Source of the DNA: Octopus bimaculoides
Taxonomy: Eukaryota
Assembly (NCBI RefSeq): GCF_001194135.2
Contig: NC_068987.1
Span: 12,366,001 to 12,408,302 of the forward strand
Direction: 5' to 3'
DNA length: 42,302 nt
A program made the translations under genes and the position numbers. The notes beneath the pieces were generated by a model. The model did not search any database. It was given only the letters and a program-made list of their open reading frames with translations, and was not told the DNA's origin. Below, piece by piece: positions 35,440 through 42,302 of the stretch. Each line of letters opens with the position of its first letter. The stretch's first letter is position 1.

Positions 35440-35885
35440 TATTTCTTTATTGCCCACAAGGGGCTAAACATAGAGGGGACAAACAAGGACAGACAAAGGG
35501 TTTAAGTCGATTACATCGACCCCAGTGTGTAAGTGGTACTTAATTTATCGACCCCGAAAGAACGAAAGGCAAAGTCGACCTCGGTGGAATTTGAACTCAG
35601 AACGTAACGGCAGATGAAATACTGCTAAGCATTTCGCCCCGCGTGTAACGTTTTGTGCCAACTCACCACCTTTCATGACTATTCTGTTAAGAAGCTTGCT
35701 TTGCAACAAGCTGGTTTCCACAATGTGATCCCATTAATGGCACTATGAGCAAGTGGCTTCTTTTATATATAGGTCTGGGCCAATCAAGGCTTTGTGAGTG
35801 AATATGGGAGACAGAAACCGTGTGAAAGCCCATTGTGTGTCTATGTGTGTATATGTGCGTATGTATGCATGTATGTGCATGTGTG

Positions 35886-35930
<45 letters not shown>

Positions 35931-36130
35931 GTGTTTATGTTCCCACCTCCCACTCCTTGAAAACCAGTGTCAGTTTCTTTGTGTCCCTATAGCTCGGCAG
36001 TTTGGCAAGTGAACCTGATAGAATAAGTACCAGACACAAACAATATAAACATTGAGGTTGACTTGTTTGACTAAACTCTTTAAGGCAGCATCACAGTATG
36101 GCTGCAATCCAATGACTGAAACAAGCAGAA
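35440..36130. mobile_element. S2 SINE (minus, 35440-35672) and S1 SINE (plus, 35690-36130)
   Basis: Diagnostic S2 and S1 motifs as above. Confidence 0.8.
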
Positions 36131-36562
36131 TATTAATACATGATATCATCCCAAATTAATTGGAACACAGGCAGTGTATTTCAACAGGAAATGGATGGCA
36201 CTGAATTGTACATACTCTTATGTTGGGTAAAATCTCAGCATGTATGCTTATCAAATTCAGATGACCAATAGCTTTGAGAAGGATTTACCTTTCCAAAAAA
36301 CCTTAAAATGTATGTCTGTCAAATTGTTTTGACTTGTAGAGGGAACATCTAAATGATTTACCTTCCCAAAGCTACTAAGGAAATTTGAACAAGCTCCAAT
36401 TACTTAAAACAGTGAATTAACTGTACATTTTCTTTATCTAGTTTATTGATAGCTTAATCTAACCAGTCAGAGTCTTCAGTGTTTCTCATAGGGTGGCTGT
36501 GCTGCTGTTAGAACTGAAGAGCTGTCAGGCTCATTGTCATAGTTGATAAAATCAAAATGGTC

Positions 36563-36787
36563 TTAACTCTTTAGCATTCAGATTACTACAACAAATGTAA
36601 TACTTATTTATTCACATTGTTTTTAATTAATCATGCATCGTCTTGTAGCTTTGAGATTTCGATATGAATGGTTATTTTTAGAATAGCATTCTAGGGTAGA
36701 TGTGAGAGCCAGGAGCTAGCTGGTTTGAGCATAAGACAAGTAGAATAGTTAGGCCAGATATGGTCAGTTTAAATGCTAAAAGATTAA
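36563..36787 (+). mobile_element. TTAA/piggyBac-like MITE family A, complete; a further fragment lies at 38150-38247 (minus)
   Basis: TTAA-CTCTTTAGCATT ... AATGCTAAAAGA-TTAA: terminal inverted repeats bounded by TTAA. Confidence 0.75.
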
Positions 36788-38287
36788 ACTTCTCAAACTT
36801 GTGAAGAAAGAAAAATTTTTATAGCTGCAAACTCTATTATTTCGTTTTGGGATTTGGTTTGCAAGATTCTTTATGTGACTTTGTGTGTTGAAACATATTC
36901 TGTTGTGTCTGGGGAGAGTCATTTTCTTTTTGTGCCTTAAAATTTAACACACACACCGGTAAAATTTCCACTTATTCCTTATTTTTATTTTCCTAAAATT
37001 TTCGTTGTATCTTGCAACCGTTTCAATAGTCTTGACTCTCTATTATTTCATTTCCTTATTAATTGGAGGGGGCCACAAAAAAAAGAGCAAAAACATTTCA
37101 GTAATTTTTTGTGGTTGGAGGATGGCGCACTCTGTTTTAGTTTTGGGAATCTATTAGTAATGATGTATTAATAATGATGTATTAGTAAGGATGTATTAGT
37201 GATGATAATATAACATAGAGCTGGTGATAGTCTACAGACCATCAACCCTTTGGTGGCTTCACCTCAGCCAAGTGAAGGTTAATGGTTTTAGAACTATAAT
37301 TAATCCCATAATGTCTTCAATAGTAATGAGATTAATACCTCTGGGCCACTTGAATCAGTTCAACATGCTTAGTGTACATAATAGTTTAAAATTTTCATTT
37401 TATTTCTTTCTCTCTCTTTCTTTTTTTTTTTATTTTGTTTGCTTTTTGATAAGTGAAAGATAAAAGCTGTCTTATCCATTCTCAGTTGGAGACAATGAAT
37501 TTTGATTTCAAGAAGCAAAACTATGGTTGATTTTTGAAGTTATTAACCTGTGATGTTTCTTGACAATACAATAAGAAAGAGAAAGGAGGAAAATGAAAAG
37601 AGAGAAGATTGTGTGGGTAGGAGGGGAAATAAAGTACAAAGGCAAGGGAGTTTGGTAAAGTGCAAAGATAACAAACAGATAAAGAATGAAAGAAGGAAAA
37701 GCATAGTAAATGAAGGTGAAGAAGAGAGAGACACAGAGAGAGACAGAGAGAGACAGAGATGGAGACAGGGGGAAGGGGAACAAGAGAGAAAAAGAGGGAA
37801 TAAGCAAGTAAGGAAACAAGAAAGTGCAATATATTCCTCCTTTCAAATTTAGTTTTCAGTATTTGTCACATTTAATCAGATAATCAGTTTTATTTGCTAT
37901 TCAAGAACACTTACTTTGCCTTCTGGGAAAAAATCTTTTACAAGCGAATTGTCTATTGCCATTAGTTAGGAAATATAATCCTTTTGTGTTGTGTTATGTC
38001 AAAGATAAGACATCTTTCCACAAAATAAAAATAGCGCACTTTGGATTTTTGTACAGGCAAAACATATTTATTAAAGAAAAGAAAATATTTGTTAAGCTGT
38101 AGTTGGAAAAAAAAAAATCAGTCTGGATAAAGATTTGCACTACTAATTCAAAATCTCAAAGCTATGAGATAATGCATGATTAATTCCAAACAATGTAAAT
38201 AAACAAGCAAAACATTTAACAAAGTTATCTGAATGCAAAAGGGCTAAAGAACTAATTATATATAGCATGGAAAGCGGACGTTAAACG

Positions 38288-38430
<143 letters not shown>

Positions 38431-38779
38431 GACAATATAGTTCTACAAACACCATACAGGAAAAAGAAAACTAATCTAATTAAGACTGAAATATTTTTTA
38501 TCACAAGTATTTTCAGTTAGGTCTGACCTGGAATGATGACAACAACAACAAGCTTGCTATCTGCAAATAGTGTGCTGCGATATGCAAAAAAGAGCAATGT
38601 ATGCAAAAGAACAGCAACCATTTTAATCCAACCAATCTAGCTTAATAATCTAGCTTAATAATTTATCCAGTGTAATCTGGAATTGAACATAATCCAGTTG
38701 ACCAGATTGCAATATGTACCAGCAGTAACAATGCCATGAATGAAAGAAATATGACCAAAAACGTATATGGCATATAAAT

Positions 38780-39120
38780 GCAGGTGTAGGCATAGATTAG
38801 TGGTTAAGAAGCTTGATTTCCAACCCTAACCCTAATGATTCTGGGTTCAGTCCCCTCTGTATGGCACCTTGGGTAAGTGTCTTTTACTACAGCCTGGGTC
38901 CAACAATGCCATGTGAATTTGGAAGATGGTAATTGAGTGGATGCCCATTGTACATGTGTGTGTGTTTGCCATAACTTAGCAGTTGGCAAAAGAGACCGAT
39001 ATAATTAAGTTATAGACTTAGAAATAAATATTGGGGATCGATTCCTTTGATTAAAGCCTTCAAGGTGGTGCCTTAGCATGGTTGCAGTCCAATGACTGAA
39101 ACAAGCAAAAGATAAAAGTT
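38780..39120 (+). mobile_element. S1 SINE, diverged
   Basis: Head GTGGTTAAGAAGCTTG, B-box-like GGTTCAGTCCC, CORE segment, tail GACTGAAACAAG. Confidence 0.8.
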
Positions 39121-39233
39121 AGCTTCTTGTTCTGCTGAAAGGAAAGTGTATTTTATGTTTTGTGATTTGGTCAATGATTCTTTGATGGGAAAAGAGAGAG
39201 AGAGACACACACACACACAGGCACGCGCGCGTG

Positions 39234-39299
<66 letters not shown>

Positions 39300-39799
39300 A
39301 AGGCGTGCACACACAGACACACACAGAAAGAGAGAGTGAATTAAATTTTTAAAGGATTGTAAAACTTCCGCCATGTTAACTATTATTGATGTGATGTTTT
39401 CAGCACATAACACAACCGTTTATTGTAATTCAAATCATGCTAAGGTACACATTATTCCACCAAGGATAATAAAAAAAGGATTGCCAATGATATTTGATTT
39501 CCATATCATTCAATCAACAGTATTAAAAATAGTATTAGTGTCCATTCAAAAGATATCAATCTTTTAATTGTTCGAGACTCGTACGATCGATGATGACAGA
39601 ATCACTATGGAATAAATTCAGTCAGAGATATCTAGCATTTGCTATATATATATCATGTTCTATTGATAGAAGATGAGTTTTAAAAGGAATATCAATCTTG
39701 TAAGTATAAAAAAATAAACTGAAGTGCTTTTCTATTAACTAATTTGGGCTTCAGGCAGGATTTGCATTCAATTTTACAAGCTAATATAAAACAGTGTTT

Positions 39800-39997
39800 T
39801 ATTTGTTTTACTTGGTTTGGTCATTTGATTGTGGCTATGCTGGAGCACCGCCTTTAGTCAAGCAAATCGACCCAAGGACTTATTCTTTGTCAGCCTGAGG
39901 CTATAGAAGAAGACATTTGCCCATGGTGCCATATAGTGGGACTGAACCCAGAAGCACATGGCTGGAAAGCAAAGTTCTTACCAAACAGCCACGCTTA
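39800..39997 (-). mobile_element. S1 SINE with internal deletion (tail fused to CORE, linker absent)
   Basis: GGACTTATTCTTTGT is joined directly to CAGCCTGAGGCTATAG. Confidence 0.75.
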
Positions 39998-40222
39998 TAA
40001 ACAAAATCTTTAACCATTTAGATGAAACAATTTTTTTTATAAATTTCGCCATGTTTGTTAAGACACTTTTCCATGAACTCAGGTTAACTAAATTAAAATT
40101 TTCTGTTTCTGGAATTCTGGGAGAATTTACTGGAATGCTATTCACCATTGACTTCTTCCGAAGGTCATCTCTCAAGAAATGTAAAAAAATCTTCCATGCT
40201 GCCTTCCTGTTATAAATCTTAG

Positions 40223-40309
40223 AGATTTGCAGCTGGCAGAGATGAAGTTGAAAGGCAGTTTGTTGATATGAAGTTCAAGGTAGATAAAGTTCATTTCATA
40301 GAAATGCTG
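40223..40309 (+). CDS. Candidate 87-nt exon (RFAAGRDEVERQFVDMKFKVDKVHFIEML), gene unknown
   Basis: Acceptor aatcttag (or tttgcag at 40231), strong donor CTG|gtgagt, open frame. No homology recognised. Confidence 0.33.
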
Positions 40310-40432
40310 GTGAGTAGAATGTTAAGAATCTTGGTTTTTGCCCCCAAAAATTGATAGTCCATATTCCATCACCAGTAGCCAACAACACTACTTTACTGTA
40401 AACTGCCATTCATCACCACCACCACCACCACC

Positions 40433-40466
<34 letters not shown>

Positions 40467-40569
40467 TCATCATCATTATCATCATCATCATCATCGTCAT
40501 CTTCATCCTCATCATCATAATTGTTGTCATTTTAAAGTCCACTTTTTCAATGCTTGCATGGATCTTACC

Positions 40570-40740
40570 TACTTAGGAATGAGAACCCAGGTTCGAAATT
40601 TCCCCAAGACACCTGATGAAGGCTGGAGGGCATATCCACTGAAACGTTGTGTTCACAACTAACAAGATGAGGACAAATATCCGTCAAATGTAAATAATGT
40701 AAATAATGTACATAATTCCTCATCTCTTAAATATAGAACT
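40570..40740 (+). mobile_element. Short repeat carrying a hammerhead motif, resembling Penelope-like terminal repeats or ribozyme-bearing SINEs
   Basis: B-box-like GGTTCGAAAT (40590), hammerhead core, then a (TGTAAATAA)x3 tail. The family assignment is inference. Confidence 0.5.
40608..40653 (+). ncRNA. Minimal type-I hammerhead ribozyme motif
   Basis: Stem I GACAC/GTGTT, core CTGATGA (40613-40619), bulged stem II, GAAA (40641-40644), palindromic stem III AC-GT, cleavage triplet GUU ending at 40648. Confidence 0.7.
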
Positions 40741-40866
40741 ATAAATTTTCAGTTTTAAAATTATCTAAATTAGAACTTCCCATCAAAATTTCCTGTTAAT
40801 TTATTTTCCAAGCACCAGCTTAATCCATTAGTATTTACACTAGCTATATCCAACTCAAATTTTCTG

Positions 40867-41083
40867 CGAGGGGGTACTGAAAAGTTCCTGGCTTTGGGTA
40901 AAAGAAAATACAGGAGGATCAGTTAATTATGATTTTATCCAACATATTCCCCTCTCTGATTCACACTCTCATTGCAGTGGTCCTTCAGCTTTTCTAAGCC
41001 CTATAAAAGAACTCAGAAGGTTGGGCTTTCAACCAGGTCTTTTGCAATACCCGGAAAGCCAGGAACTTTTCAGCACCCCCTCA
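40867..41083 (+). mobile_element. Mariner MITE M1, complete
   Basis: TIRs CGAGGGGGTACTGAAAAGTTCCTGGCTTT / AAAGCCAGGAACTTTTCAGCACCCCCTCA, flanks TG/TA. The minus strand encodes GLEKLKDHCNESVNQRGEYVG*. Confidence 0.9.
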
Positions 41084-41156
41084 TACTTGTTTTATGTTCA
41101 AACTGACCTGATCTGGCCTCTCACACCTACCCTACAATGTTATTCTATAAATAATA

Positions 41157-41570
41157 GGCGTAGTAGTGGCTGTGTGGTAAGTAGCTTGCTTACCAACCAC
41201 ATGGTTCTGGGTTCAGTCCCATTGCGTGGCATCTTGGGCAAGTGTCTTCTACTATAGCCTCGGGCCGACCAAAGCTTTGTGAGTGGATTTGGTAGACAGA
41301 AACTAGAAGAAGCCCGTCATATATTTGTATATATATATATATATATGTATGTGTGTATGTGTTTGTGTGTCTGTGTTTGTCCCCCCAACATCGCTTGACA
41401 ACCGATGCTGGTGTGTTTCTGTGCCCGTAACTTAACGGTTCGGCAAAAGAAACCGATAGAATAAGTATTAGTCTTCCAAAGAATAAGTCCTGGGGTCGAT
41501 TTGCTCGACTAAAGGCGGTGCTCCAGCATGGCCACAGTCAAAAGACTGAAACAAGTAAAAGAGTAAAAAG
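41157..41570 (+). mobile_element. Full-length, well-preserved S1 SINE
   Basis: A-box-like TGGCTGTGTGG, B-box-like GGTTCAGTCCC, CORE-like GGCATCTTGGGCAAGTGTCTT, (TA/TG)n linker, tail ending GAGTAAAAAG. Confidence 0.9.
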
Positions 41571-42249
41571 TGTATATCCTGGTAATCTTGAAGCTTTGAC
41601 ATAAATGCATGATTGATTCAAAATGTAAATGAATAAGAATTGCGTTTGACAGAGTAATCCGAACGCTAAAGGGCTAATAATAACAGCAAAGTTATTATAA
41701 TAAATTCTTCATTATTTTTAAGGTAGTGTATTTCAACAGAAAATATGACAATGAAAGGATTAAACAATTTCAACACATTGGTTTAGAAAATAACTTCAAA
41801 TTCTCACATATAATTTGTTTCATCACAAGGCTTAAATATAAATATATTGGTTTATTTTATGGTTTGAAGATATTTATTATAATCGCTAAGATTGACAGGC
41901 ATCTTTATTACAAAACTCGATAGTATCACTTTCACAAAAATTCTTGCTGACTTGAGAGAATTTATGGGTTTAAGTTACCTAGTTTAGGCTAAGAGAGCGA
42001 AGGGGAGATAGAGAGAGGAGGAGAGAGAGAGAGAGAGAGAGAGAGAGCTGTAAAAGTTAACAGAAACTGACAGTTTGTTCCAAAGCCTGTTATATTCAGT
42101 GCGTGCGTGCTGTCATGGCAACCAGAGATTACTACCAAGTCTTCTAACACAAGCGAACATGACAAAAATCATAAATCTTGCGGACATGAAGTTATTTCAA
42201 TAAAATGGCATCACAAATAATAATGATAATAATGATAATAATGATGATA

Positions 42250-42302
<53 letters not shown>

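Larger units (their letters stand above)
40820..41677 (-). mobile_element. MITE family A inserted at TTAA into family B (host 40743-40823 and 41678-41763) and split by later insertions
   Basis: Segments 40820-40865, 41086-41156 and 41571-41677 together match the reverse complement of 36563-36787. Confidence 0.75.

Noticed and set aside
37160-37205. Short tandem repeats (14 bp x4 here; 14 bp x3 near 29925; 13 bp x2 near 23060 and 38633)
   Set aside because: These are ordinary slippage products with no further structure.
38671-38711. Small hairpin as a pre-miRNA
   Set aside because: The stem is about 15 bp, too short, and the flanks do not extend it.
38822-38834. Telomere-like CCCTAA/TTAGGG motifs (also 12843, 23759)
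   Set aside because: There are only one or two units, one set lying inside a SINE, as expected by chance.

Overview
This is AT-rich, repeat-dense animal genomic DNA, most likely from a coleoid cephalopod such as Octopus. That call rests on my recognition of its SINE families and its very high microsatellite load; I have not verified it by a search. About 3.4 kb is N-gap. No host gene can be identified, and nearly all entries in the ORF track are microsatellite, N-gap or transposon artefacts. Only a few short, low-confidence candidate exons remain. The window is mostly transposable elements. There are three tRNA-derived SINE families, given my own labels: S1 (CORE-like, with an internal (TA)n/(TG)n linker), S2 ((ATT)n-tailed) and S3. 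It also holds RTE-clade LINE fragments, an R4/Dong-like restriction-like-endonuclease fragment, a DD37D (maT) transposase pseudogene, two mariner MITE families, TTAA/piggyBac-like MITEs and a Helentron-type HINE. Two structures stand out: a near-perfect ~74-bp foldback in unique sequence (26156-26318) and a minimal type-I hammerhead ribozyme motif in a short repeat (40608-40653). A four-layer nested transposon stack lies at 40743-41763. Repeat boundaries were read by eye and are approximate, typically within 10-20 nt.
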